From contig JAJYCY010000007.1 in the NCBI GenBank assembly GCA_021778035.1, forward strand, positions 1 to 60,525: 60,525 bases of DNA, written 5' to 3'. The notes beneath the pieces were generated by a model. That model worked only from the letters and a program-made list of their open reading frames with translations, did not search any database and was not told where the DNA came from. The translations under genes and the position numbers were made by a program. This stretch comes from Pseudomonadota bacterium (GTDB taxonomy: Bacteria; Pseudomonadota; Gammaproteobacteria; Acidiferrobacterales; UBA6901). This document shows, piece by piece, positions 1-8,186 of this stretch (position 1 is its first letter; every line of letters begins with the position of its first letter).

Positions 1-1023
1 TACCCACGCCTCGACACGGTCGGCAACGAACCGCGCCTCGTCGATGTCATTGTATGCGGCATAGATGCGGACAGGGTCGCCGCGCGTGCCGCGGGTCCAC
101 AACTCCTTGCCCAGGCGGCCGGCGTTGTTGCGGATGACGCCGTTGGCGGCGTCGAGAATGGTTCCGGTCGACCGATAGTTCTGTTCCAGGCGTATCAGCA
201 CGGTTCCCGGGTGGTCATTTTCGAACCGCAGGATGTTTTCGACCTTGGCGCCCCGCCACCCGTAAATCGACTGGTCGTCGTCACCAACCACGAACAGGTT
301 GCTGTGGGAGCCGGCAAACAGCCCCAGCCAGCGGTACTGGATGGCGTTGGTGTCCTGGAATTCGTCCACAAGGATATGGCTGAACCTGTTCTGATAGTGT
401 GTCCGCAGGCGCTCATCATCGCGCAGCAGTTCGTAGGCGCGCAGCAGCAGCTCGCCGAAATCGACCAGCGCGGCACGCCGGCAGGCATCCTCATAGGCGC
501 CGTAGACGCGCGTCCACTGCCGCGACTGGGGGTCATCGGACTGTTCTACCTGCTGTGGCCGGTGTCCGGCTTCCTTCTGGCTGTTGATGAACCACTGTGC
601 CTGGCGCGGTGGCCAGTAGGCTTCGTCGAGTTCCAGATTCTTGAGTACCCGGCGGATCAGCCGCAGCTGATCGTCGCTGTCGATGATCTGGAAATTCTGC
701 GGCAGCCCGGCTTCCCGGAAGTGTGCCCGCAGGAGCCGGTGGGACAGCCCGTGAAACGTCCCGATCCACATTCCGGACACGGAAAATCCGAGCATCGCCT
801 CGATGCGTCCGCGCATCTCGTGGGCTGCCTTGTTCGTGAATGTCACCGCCAGGACCGCTTGTGGCGAGACGCCCTGCAGCTGTACCAGCCACGCAATGCG
901 GTGGGTCAGGACGCGGGTCTTGCCGCTGCCGGCGCCCGCCAGCACCAGCAGCGGACACGCGCCGGCCGTGACCGCCTGGCGCTGCGCATCATTGAGGTTT
1001 CCGAGAAGTCGCGAGGTGTCCAT
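1..1023 (-). CDS. uvrD: DNA helicase II UvrD, N-terminal part (gene continues beyond left edge)
   Basis: Reverse-strand translation from the ATG at complement 1021-1023 reads MDTSRLLGNLNDAQRQAVTAGACPLLVLAGAGSGKTRVLTHRIAWLV (Walker A GSGKT). Further in I read HILVDEFQDTNAI (complement ~345-380) and NLFVVGDDDQSIYGWRGAKV (complement ~241-300). This is collinear with the E. coli UvrD N-terminus. The ORF is absent from the track because it runs off the window edge. Confidence 0.9.
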   Translation of the reverse strand, partial: MDTSRLLGNLNDAQRQAVTAGACPLLVLAGAGSGKTRVLTHRIAWLVQLQGVSPQAVLAVTFTNKAAHEMRGRIEAMLGFSVSGMWIGTFHGLSHRLLRAHFREAGLPQNFQIIDSDDQLRLIRRVLKNLELDEAYWPPRQAQWFINSQKEAGHRPQQVEQSDDPQSRQWTRVYGAYEDACRRAALVDFGELLLRAYELLRDDERLRTHYQNRFSHILVDEFQDTNAIQYRWLGLFAGSHSNLFVVGDDDQSIYGWRGAKVENILRFENDHPGTVLIRLEQNYRSTGTILDAANGVIRNNAGRLGKELWTRGTRGDPVRIYAAYNDIDEARFVADRVEAWV

Positions 1024-1212
1024 GCGCGCATGATAACAAGCGCCCTGCCCGGGTGCGACGAACGGTCTGCCACTGCCACGCCGCCCTGTGCGGAAGCTGC
1101 CGCAAGGTCAAGAAATCGCAGCCGGCCCAACCTATTGTTATTTCGGAAGCCGGGAGGTACATTTCTTAGAAAAGAAAGACCACCCCCGCTGGTGCCCAGA
1201 GGAGACGGCTTA

Positions 1213-2532
1213 GTGTCAGTCAGCGAATTCGTGTCTGCGGACCCGACTCTGGCAAAGACCCTCTGGCGCCATCTCGAAAGCTTGCAGCGGGCCGGCAATG
1301 GTACCGGGCTTGCCAGGATCCTCGAACACAGTTTCGGCCAGCGCACGGCTGGCCCCGGCGACATCCGGATCAGCGACTCGGCCGTGAGCCGCCTGCATGC
1401 GCAGCTCGGGGTGTATGCCGCTTCCGGTGACAATCCGCCTGCTCTGCGCATCAAGGCACGCATCATCCAGCAGCACCTCACTCCTTATCTCGAACTGGCC
1501 GTGGCAACGCCCAGGCGTCATAACCCGTTTCAGGCCTACATCGATGCGATCAATGGAATTGCCGCTCCGGTGGCGGGGTACGCGACGGTGTACCCGGAAA
1601 CACTGATCACCGCGGCCGGGAACAGCAACGCACCGCCAGCTTCGTGCGCGGCACCGGCGGTGCCCGACGGATCCGTTCCCGCTTCTGCTCTGGCACAGAT
1701 GGTGGATCAGGCCAAGACCGGTGCGAATGCCGGCGAGCTGCGCTATGAATCGCTGCGCAGGTCGGAGCTGGATGCGTGGCGCGCAATCTATGGAGCAATG
1801 AAGGATTTCAGGAGCCTGAAAGAACTCTGGTCAAGCAGTCTCGAGGAGCTGCGGCGCGAGCGCGCCGAACTGGAACAGCAGCTCACGAACGCCGCAGCGC
1901 AGATCCAGTCGGGAGATTCGGAGCGTGCGCAGCTGCGCACGCAGCTAGACGAGGAGCGCCGGCGAAGCATCGGCGCACGGCGGCCAGCCGCCGCGCCACG
2001 TTCGGTCGCCAAACGCGCGCGCCGGCCGGTAACGCTGCCGCGCAGGGAAGCATTCCTGCAGCAGCTGGCGTCGGAGATCGGACGCGTGCGTCGCCATCGC
2101 AGGCCGCTCACGGCGGCGCTGATCGGTCTCGGTGGCCTGGATGATCTGGCCATCCGTTTCGGGGAAGGCACCGAGGCGGCCGTCCTGCGCTGCTATACCG
2201 ATGTCATTCTGGCCGGATTCCGCACGTATGATTTTGTTGCCACTTATGACCGTCACCGGTTTGCAATCCTGTTTCCGGAGACCGGACTGGATGGCGCGGC
2301 ACGTGCGCTGGCCAAGGCGCAAAAGCGTGCCGCCGAAACCCATCTGTCTGTTGGCGCAAACAGCTTTGTACTCCCGGCATTTTCCAGCGCCGCGCTGCTG
2401 CTGGGTGCCGGCGAAGACGCGGTTTCGCTCGTGGGGCGACTGGCACAAACCATGGAAGAAGTGCAGCTGGCGCTGCCGGATGGTACCGGGGACAGTCCGC
2501 ATCCGGTTTCGTCCGGGCTGCTGCCAGAGTAG
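1213..2532 (+). CDS. Coiled-coil protein with C-terminal degenerate GGDEF domain (DRHRF in place of GGDEF, RxxD retained)
   Basis: This is the 3' two-thirds of the 773-aa ORF 211-2532; the 5' third is antisense to uvrD. A GTG at 1213 is preceded by AGAGGAGA (~1197-1204). The C-terminus LRCYTDVILAGFRTYDFVATYDRHRFAILFPETGLDGAARALAKAQKR aligns with the GGDEF-domain core (RxxD...GGDEFaillPeT). The central segment LEELRRERAELEQQLTNAAAQIQSGDSERAQLRTQLDEERRR looks like a coiled coil. The start codon is uncertain. Confidence 0.6.
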   Translation: MSVSEFVSADPTLAKTLWRHLESLQRAGNGTGLARILEHSFGQRTAGPGDIRISDSAVSRLHAQLGVYAASGDNPPALRIKARIIQQHLTPYLELAVATPRRHNPFQAYIDAINGIAAPVAGYATVYPETLITAAGNSNAPPASCAAPAVPDGSVPASALAQMVDQAKTGANAGELRYESLRRSELDAWRAIYGAMKDFRSLKELWSSSLEELRRERAELEQQLTNAAAQIQSGDSERAQLRTQLDEERRRSIGARRPAAAPRSVAKRARRPVTLPRREAFLQQLASEIGRVRRHRRPLTAALIGLGGLDDLAIRFGEGTEAAVLRCYTDVILAGFRTYDFVATYDRHRFAILFPETGLDGAARALAKAQKRAAETHLSVGANSFVLPAFSSAALLLGAGEDAVSLVGRLAQTMEEVQLALPDGTGDSPHPVSSGLLPE

Positions 2533-2571
2533 AATCCACTTATCCTTGGCCGCAGCGGGAGTGTGGTGCCA

Positions 2572-2913
2572 ATGACAACTGAACGTCGCGACACACCCCG
2601 GATTCCGTACGCTCTCGACGCGGTGATGGTCGGCAGCGGCGGACGTGATCCGCTGCCCTGCCGTACCCGCGACATCAGCCTCAACGGGGCATTCGTGCAG
2701 CTTCGTGGCGCCCGGTCTCATCCCGTCGGCACGGTCGAGCTGATGGTGAACATGCCGCTGTCCGCAGACCGGAAGCCGCGACGGTTCCATGCCCAGATCG
2801 TGCATGTCAGCGCGAATGGCGTCGGCCTGTTTTTCGATCGCACGAACAGCGAAGGTTATGTACCGCTGATCAAGCTGGTATTCGCCAAGCGCAAACTTCC
2901 TGAGCTGCTCTGA
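2572..2913 (+). CDS. PilZ-domain protein (putative c-di-GMP receptor)
   Basis: ERRDTPRIP carries the RxxxR motif and TRDISLNGAFV carries the D/NxSxxG motif, at the spacing typical of PilZ. GGGAG lies ~11 nt upstream of the ATG at 2572. The track start at 2563 is a GTG only 2 nt after that RBS. Confidence 0.7.
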   Translation: MTTERRDTPRIPYALDAVMVGSGGRDPLPCRTRDISLNGAFVQLRGARSHPVGTVELMVNMPLSADRKPRRFHAQIVHVSANGVGLFFDRTNSEGYVPLIKLVFAKRKLPELL

Positions 2914-2935
2914 GGCGCGTGCGACCGGGCTCTCG

Positions 2936-2963
2936 CGCCCCCGCCGGAATTCCGGCGGGGGCG
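2936..2963 (+). terminator. Perfect GC-rich palindrome or stem-loop downstream of the PilZ gene (12-bp arms, AATT centre)
   Basis: CGCCCCCGCCGG-AATT-CCGGCGGGGGCG is read directly, 23 nt after the PilZ stop codon. No U-tract follows, so it may be a non-canonical terminator, an RNA-stability hairpin or a REP-like element. Confidence 0.4.
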
Positions 2964-3049
2964 GTGACGGGCGGGGCGCCGTGCCGGACACATCAGGTTA
3001 GGGGAAAACCAGGGCGGCGGCCCTGTGTTGATCCCGGCCGGGAGGGCGC

Positions 3050-3505
3050 ATGACACGACTGACCATCTGGCTGAACGTCCTGCTTTATCTCTGGGTGGAT
3101 ATCGCACTGCTGCACGGTGCCCGCGAGGTCTATGTCGCGCGCCGATGGAATCTGGCGCTTCCCGGAACCCGGCTCGCGTATTCCGGACTGCTGGCGTTTG
3201 CAGCACTCTATACCCTGGCCTGCATCATCGGACTGCTGCGCCGCAGCCGCTGGAGCCGGAGCATGGCATTCTGGTGGAACCTGGCGATGTCCGCAGTCAT
3301 CGGTGCGCTGCCGGCGCTCATCGCGGTGTGGTCGGCCCGGCTGGAGCACGCGGATGTGGCGCAGGCACTGCAATCGGTGGATGTCCTCATGGGGCTGATG
3401 GCCGCCGGGCTGTTTGTCGCGCTGAGTGCTGCCCTTTCCACGCGGACGCTGAAGGATTACTTCGAGCGTCCGGGTGCGGCTAGCGCAGCAGCGCGACGCT
3501 CTTGA
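3050..3505 (+). CDS. Hypothetical small integral membrane protein (about 4 predicted TM segments)
   Basis: The 151-aa ORF has GGGAGGG just upstream of the ATG. It contains several hydrophobic stretches (WLNVLLYLWVDIALL, LLAFAALYTLACIIGLL, WWNLAMSAVIGALPALIAVW, LMGLMAAGLFVALSAAL). I recognise no family. Confidence 0.5.
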   Translation: MTRLTIWLNVLLYLWVDIALLHGAREVYVARRWNLALPGTRLAYSGLLAFAALYTLACIIGLLRRSRWSRSMAFWWNLAMSAVIGALPALIAVWSARLEHADVAQALQSVDVLMGLMAAGLFVALSAALSTRTLKDYFERPGAASAAARRS

Positions 3506-4556
3506 TCTGGGCGAAGACCTCGCTGCCGGGTTCGAGTGCAAGCAGCGACAGCGAGCGGCGTGTCACGCGCGCGAGCAGTATGGTACCGGACGCTTCCAGT
3601 CTGACCGTGGCCTGCGCAGCGCGGTCCTCGGATATTTCCAGTACGCGCACCGGAAAGATGTTAAGGATGCTGGTGTTGCGGTGGTGTTCCAGGCTCAGAC
3701 TCACGTCACGTGCCAGGATGCGTACCCGCACAGCGGTTCCTTCCGGCATGCGGGGCTGGGGGACCGCCAGCTGCCCGCCGGCAAACGCAAGCTGCGCCAG
3801 CTGGAACTTCTCGTCGTATCCGGTGACCACCCCGTCCAGAATGGCCGCTGCCTCGTCGCTGTGGGAGATCGGCAGATCGAGGCGCGTCAGCATGTCACGC
3901 AGCGCGCCATGTGCCACGACCTTTCCGGGCTCGAGACTGACGAGATGATCCGCGAGCCGCGCTACTTCGTCGATGGCGTGGCTGACATAGAGAACCGGGA
4001 TCTGAAGTTCGGCGCGCAGATGCTCCAGGAACGGAAGCAATTGTGACCGCGACCGGGCATCGAGTGCGGAAAGCGGCTCGTCCATGAGCAGCATTACCGG
4101 ATCGCGCAGCAGCGCACGGGCTATTGCCACGCGGCTGCGCTCGCCGCCGGACAGCCCCTGTACCCGGCGGTCAAGGAGCGGACCGATACCGACCGATTCC
4201 ACGGTCCGGGCAAACGCGCCCGGCTTCTGCGGCCGGCCAGCGCGCCGCATCCCGTACTCCAGGTTGCCACGTACGTCCAGATGTCCGAGAAGTCCGGGAT
4301 CCTGGAAGACGTATCCCACGCGCCGGCGGTGCGGGGGGACGAAAATGTGCCGTCCGCTGTCCTGCCAGAATTCGCCGTTTACCTCCAGTCTGCCATGTTC
4401 GGCGGGCTGAAGGCCGGCGATGCAGTTGAGCAGGGTCGATTTGCCGCAACCCGACGGACCCAGCAGGGCGGTAACGCCGGTGGCCGGTGTCCGGAACGAT
4501 GCCTCGAGCAGGAAATCGCCCCGGCGCAGCACGAGGCTCGCGTCGATGCCGCTCAT
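3480..4556 (-). CDS. modC: Molybdate ABC transporter ATP-binding protein ModC (with C-terminal TOBE-like domain)
   Basis: It has Walker A GPSGCGKST, the signature LSGGERSRVAIARAL and Walker B LLMDEPLSALD. The ~120-aa C-terminal extension is typical of ModC. An ATGA overlap joins it to modB upstream. Confidence 0.85.
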   Translation of the reverse strand: MSGIDASLVLRRGDFLLEASFRTPATGVTALLGPSGCGKSTLLNCIAGLQPAEHGRLEVNGEFWQDSGRHIFVPPHRRRVGYVFQDPGLLGHLDVRGNLEYGMRRAGRPQKPGAFARTVESVGIGPLLDRRVQGLSGGERSRVAIARALLRDPVMLLMDEPLSALDARSRSQLLPFLEHLRAELQIPVLYVSHAIDEVARLADHLVSLEPGKVVAHGALRDMLTRLDLPISHSDEAAAILDGVVTGYDEKFQLAQLAFAGGQLAVPQPRMPEGTAVRVRILARDVSLSLEHHRNTSILNIFPVRVLEISEDRAAQATVRLEASGTILLARVTRRSLSLLALEPGSEVFAQIKSVALLR

Positions 4557-5236
4557 GGTCCCTGCGCCTGAAGGCGCCGGTTGTTCAGGTGGACGATGAA
4601 TAGCACGGCAAAGGAAAACAACACCAGTCCGGCGGACAGGATATGCGCACGCGTGTATTCGAGCGCTTCAACGTGGTCGTATATCGATATCGACAGCACC
4701 CGTGTTTTTCCGGGGATGTTGCCGCCGATCATGAGTACGACCCCGAACTCGCCAACGGTATGGGCGAACGCGAGCGTGAGCGCGGTGACCAGGCCACGGC
4801 GCGCCAGCGGCAGGGCGACGGTGAAAAAGCGGTCGACGGGGCCAGCGCCAAGCGTTGCCGCGACCCAAAGGGGACGCTCGCCGATGGCCTCGAACGCGTT
4901 CTGCAGCGGCTGTACCACGAACGGCAGCGAGTACAGCACGGATCCGATCACGAGTCCGGAAAAACTGAAGGCAAGCGAGCCGCCGCCGGCGGCGCGCCAG
5001 ACCCTGCCGATTGGGCCGGCGGGCGCCAGTGCGAGCAACAAATAAAAACCGAGCACGGTCGGCGGAAGCACCAGCGGCAGGGCGACCACTGATTCCACCG
5101 GCAACCTGAGGATCGAACGGGTACGGGCGAGCCACCATGCCAGCGGAGTGCCGATGAACAGCAGGATCGTCGTCGAGACCAGGGCGAGACGCAGGGTGAG
5201 CAGGACCGGAACAAGATCCGTCGCCAGCGTTTTCAT
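4553..5236 (-). CDS. modB: Molybdate ABC transporter permease ModB
   Basis: This is a 227-aa polytopic membrane protein of ModB/CysTW type with an EAA-like loop (FEAIGERPLWVAATLGAGP). It sits between modA and modC. Confidence 0.85.
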   Translation of the reverse strand: MKTLATDLVPVLLTLRLALVSTTILLFIGTPLAWWLARTRSILRLPVESVVALPLVLPPTVLGFYLLLALAPAGPIGRVWRAAGGGSLAFSFSGLVIGSVLYSLPFVVQPLQNAFEAIGERPLWVAATLGAGPVDRFFTVALPLARRGLVTALTLAFAHTVGEFGVVLMIGGNIPGKTRVLSISIYDHVEALEYTRAHILSAGLVLFSFAVLFIVHLNNRRLQAQGP

Positions 5237-5281
5237 GTCCTGCGTCCGGTCCGGATCCGGCGGCGGCCCTCAGCCGGGCCT

Positions 5282-6079
5282 TCAGTCGGTGCCATATCCA
5301 TCCTGGCGGATGATGGTCCTGGCAGCAGCCCCGTGCAGAAACCGCATGAATGCCGCCGCCGCGCGGTTGTGTGCGGCGCGGGTCAGCAGTACCGCCTGCT
5401 GGTTGATGGGAGGATACAGCCGCTGCGGCACGATCCAGTACGATCCGCCAGCGGCATGTCCCGGGTCCTTGATCTGCGCCAGCGCGACGAACGCCAGCGC
5501 GGCATTGCCGCTGGCCGCGAATTCGAATGTCTGGCCGACATCCTCGCCACTGACGATGCGTGGCTGCAGGCGTTGCCACAGCCCGAGGCGGCGCAGTACG
5601 TTGCGTGCCGCCGCTCCGTACGGGGCGGTATCGGGGTCCGCGATGGCGAGATGCCGGAACCTGCCGCTCGCCAGCACGCGTCCGCTGCCATCGACCCGCC
5701 GTGCCGAGCGACTCCAGAGCACCAGCCGGCCGCGCGCATACGTAAACCGGCTGGTGGCTACAGCGAGTTTATCCCGCACCAGACGCAGCGGCGTTGCGGT
5801 ATCTGCCGACAGCAGGATATCAAAGGGTGCGCCGGCGCGGATCTGCGCATACAGTTTGCCGGTCGATCCGGGGGTGATGGCCAGGCGACCTGCTCCGGTG
5901 CGGGCAAACGCCGTACCCAGATGCTCGAGTGTGTGCAGAAAATCGGCAGCAACCGCGACACTGACCACGCCTCCGCCCGCGGCTGGAGCGGGCGGTGCGG
6001 CTTGTGCCGGAAACCGGACCGGCACCAGCAGACAGAGCATGAGTGCAGCAATGCGGATTTGTACTACGCGTCCTGCCAT
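5282..6079 (-). CDS. modA: Molybdate-binding periplasmic protein ModA
   Basis: MAGRVVQIRIAALMLCLLVPVRFPAQA looks like a signal peptide. The mature part resembles ModA (GSTGKLYAQIRAGAPFDILLSAD; ADPDTAPYG). I prefer the internal ATG at 6079 over the ORF-track start at 6136. Confidence 0.8.
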   Translation of the reverse strand: MAGRVVQIRIAALMLCLLVPVRFPAQAAPPAPAAGGGVVSVAVAADFLHTLEHLGTAFARTGAGRLAITPGSTGKLYAQIRAGAPFDILLSADTATPLRLVRDKLAVATSRFTYARGRLVLWSRSARRVDGSGRVLASGRFRHLAIADPDTAPYGAAARNVLRRLGLWQRLQPRIVSGEDVGQTFEFAASGNAALAFVALAQIKDPGHAAGGSYWIVPQRLYPPINQQAVLLTRAAHNRAAAAFMRFLHGAAARTIIRQDGYGTD

Positions 6080-6184
6080 GAACGATAGGCCCCGGGTGTC
6101 CCTTGTCCGATACGCGGCTAATGTACCCCATGCCACGGGAACTCTGCCACGTGCCGGAAACCCGCCGCACCCGGCTATGCCGTT

Positions 6185-6664
6185 TCAGATCATCTCGATA
6201 ACCCAGCGTGTAACGACCGCCGTAGCGCGTGCACACTGGTCGCCGCGCGCCGCGGTGAATGCGGAGTATTCCTCCGGATTCCACAGATCATAAGTGCGAC
6301 CGGCGAACCGCAGCTGAAGTTCCTCACAGGTAATGCCGCCGAATTCCGTGCGAAACCGGTCAACCAGTTCACGGGCCCGCCGGAAATTGTTCATGCCCCG
6401 GCCCTGATGCAGCCGGTCGCGGTCCCGTCCGCGCCGGGCACTGAGGGCCATCAGTCCTCCCGTCAGCGCGCCGCAGGCGCCCTTTCCGCACAGGCCGCCA
6501 CCTCCGGACAGACCATGGCTCGCCTTGATGGTGGCGTCGTCCACGATGCCCACCGTTTCCTGCACGGCCGCAAGAACGCACTGCGGACAGCACCCGTAGT
6601 CGAGTTCATAGCGTAAAGCCTTGGAATAGGCTTCGTCGGCCAGCGCCTGTTTGTCTGACGGCAT
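6185..6664 (-). CDS. C_GCAxxG_C_C family putative redox-active protein
   Basis: The 159-aa ORF contains YGCCPQCVLAAV near the N-terminus and GGGGLCGKGACGALTGGLMAL, the GCAxxG-type core, as in the C_GCAxxG_C_C family. Confidence 0.65.
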   Translation of the reverse strand: MPSDKQALADEAYSKALRYELDYGCCPQCVLAAVQETVGIVDDATIKASHGLSGGGGLCGKGACGALTGGLMALSARRGRDRDRLHQGRGMNNFRRARELVDRFRTEFGGITCEELQLRFAGRTYDLWNPEEYSAFTAARGDQCARATAVVTRWVIEMI

Positions 6665-6684
6665 AGGTGTGTGCCTCCCAGCAT

Positions 6685-6700
6685 ATTAGCAATCGCTAAT
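6685..6700. promoter_or_regulatory. Inverted repeat ATTAGC-N4-GCTAAT in a divergent intergenic region
   Basis: Read directly in an AT-rich patch between the start of the C_GCAxxG_C_C gene (6664) and the next plus-strand gene. It is a possible operator; no cognate regulator is visible. Confidence 0.2.
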
Positions 6701-6808
6701 GGAGATTATAGGTCTCACACGCGACAGCAGCCAATCCTTGAGCAATGGATATGCCCCGTGGTTACCGCTACCATCTTGCCCGTGGCTGAAGCTGCCAGCG
6801 AGGGCACG

Positions 6809-7480
6809 ATGGTGTCAAGGATTTTGACCGGACTGTGTTCCGGGTCCGGCGTGGCGGGCGCGCGCCGCGCGCAGAGTCGGCGTATCCTGGGGCGGGCGGT
6901 GCTGGTGCTGCTGGCTGCCACTGCTCCAGCAGGAAGGTTGCTGGCCGCCAACGCGGCCGCATCTGGTCCGGAAACCGGCCGGACCCGGACCGCCCGGCTG
7001 CTGCTACGCCGGAAAGGACTGTCTCTGCGTCTGGCGCCGCTTCCGGTCACTCTGACCGAGGCTTTTTTCCAGGGTCGCGGATTCACTGCCGCCGCTTCGC
7101 GGCAGATTGCGCAGACCTGTGTCTTCAAGGTGGTCGTACGGAACCGGTCGGCGGCCCGCGTCCTGAAGGTCAATCTCGCTGACTGGCGCGTGTCAGCCGG
7201 CGGTCACCGGCTGCCGCTACGACTGGAATCGGACTGGCGGCGCATCTGGATGCAGCAGCATGTGTCGCGGTCGCTGCAGATCGCCTTCCGCTACTCGCTG
7301 CTTCCCTCTGTGATGCAGCTCGGTCCTGCAGACTGGCTCCAGGGCATGGTGAGCACCGGCCTGGCCCCCGGCCAGCGGTTCAATCTGGATGTATACTGGT
7401 GGTACAGCGGTGTGCCGGAACACGCTTCGATGCACGCCCTGCGCTGTCCGCTACCCGCCCAGGAGATCCCGTCCCGATGA
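6809..7480 (+). CDS. Hypothetical exported protein (possible Tat-like signal), translationally coupled to the TlpA-like gene
   Basis: The first ATG in frame is at 6809. The N-terminus ...RRAQSRRILGRAVLVLLAATAPAGRLLAANAAAS shows twin arginines, a hydrophobic core and AxA. The stop overlaps the next start (ATGA at 7477-7480). I recognise no family. The start is uncertain; a GTG near 6850 is also possible. Confidence 0.45.
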   Translation: MVSRILTGLCSGSGVAGARRAQSRRILGRAVLVLLAATAPAGRLLAANAAASGPETGRTRTARLLLRRKGLSLRLAPLPVTLTEAFFQGRGFTAAASRQIAQTCVFKVVVRNRSAARVLKVNLADWRVSAGGHRLPLRLESDWRRIWMQQHVSRSLQIAFRYSLLPSVMQLGPADWLQGMVSTGLAPGQRFNLDVYWWYSGVPEHASMHALRCPLPAQEIPSR

Positions 7481-8037
7481 AACGCCGGGCTGCATGCACA
7501 ATCCTTGCCTCATTCTTCCTTGCAGCCATGCTGTTCTGGTGCGCCGGGCCAGCCGGCGCCGCGCCGTTGCATGCCGCTCCGGAATTTTCCCTCAAGGATC
7601 TCAACGGCAAGGTACGGCATCTCTCTGATTACCGGGGCAAGCTCGTACTCGTGAATTTCTGGGCCACCTGGTGCCCGCCATGCCGCAAGGAAATTCCCTC
7701 CATGGAACGTCTGTACCGCAAGTTCGGGAACCGCGGATTCGTGATCCTCGGTGTGGAGGAAGGAGAAGGATGGGCCGTGGTTGCGCCAGTGGCCGAGGAG
7801 CTGGGCATTACCTACCCGGTCCTGCTTGATCGTGACGGGTCGGTCAGCCACGAGTGGCATATGATCGGTCTGCCGACCAGTTACCTGGTCGATCCACGCG
7901 GTCGTGTGGTGAAAGAATTTGTCGGTGGCCGGAATTGGCTGGACCCGCAGCTGCAGGCGCAGCTGTTGCGGTTTCTGCCACCGCTTCCGTCGCGCAGGCC
8001 GGTCGCGCACGCTCCTGCGGCTGCTCCGTCGCGCTGA
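7477..8037 (+). CDS. TlpA/ResA-family periplasmic thiol:disulfide oxidoreductase
   Basis: MKRRAACTILASFFLAAMLFWCAGPAGAAP looks like a signal peptide, followed by the thioredoxin fold with FWATWCPPCRKEIP (CxxC). Confidence 0.8.
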   Translation: MKRRAACTILASFFLAAMLFWCAGPAGAAPLHAAPEFSLKDLNGKVRHLSDYRGKLVLVNFWATWCPPCRKEIPSMERLYRKFGNRGFVILGVEEGEGWAVVAPVAEELGITYPVLLDRDGSVSHEWHMIGLPTSYLVDPRGRVVKEFVGGRNWLDPQLQAQLLRFLPPLPSRRPVAHAPAAAPSR

Positions 8038-8158
8038 AGCGGACAGCGGCGACACGCCCCGCCGACGCCTGTCCCTCCGTCGCGCAGCTCCTGCGTGCAT
8101 CGTGCCGGGTTCCCGATGTTCCGCCAGTGGCAGGCCACGCGCATTGCTATAACTATAC

Positions 8159-8168
8159 ATATGCATAT
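8159..8168. promoter_or_regulatory. AT-only 10-bp palindrome ATATGCATAT in the AT-rich island just upstream of the giant ORF
   Basis: Read directly. It is embedded in TTGCTATAACTATACATATGCATATACGGAACAATGAGGAGACATG, i.e. ~20 nt upstream of the ATG at 8187 and next to the RBS GAGGAGA. This is a candidate promoter or operator. Confidence 0.25.
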
Positions 8169-8186
8169 ACGGAACAATGAGGAGAC

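Noticed and set aside
211-1212. The 5' third of the 773-aa plus-strand ORF 211-2532.
   Set aside because: It is exactly antisense to the uvrD coding sequence, which shows unmistakable helicase motifs on the minus strand. Its translation has no recognisable homology. Only the part from ~1213, which has an RBS and a GGDEF-like C-terminus, is treated as real.
1024-1212. I looked for a LexA SOS box (CTGT-N8-ACAG) upstream of uvrD.
   Set aside because: Only partial CTG...CAG-like fragments are present (e.g. CTGTGCGGAAGCTGCC), with no acceptable match.
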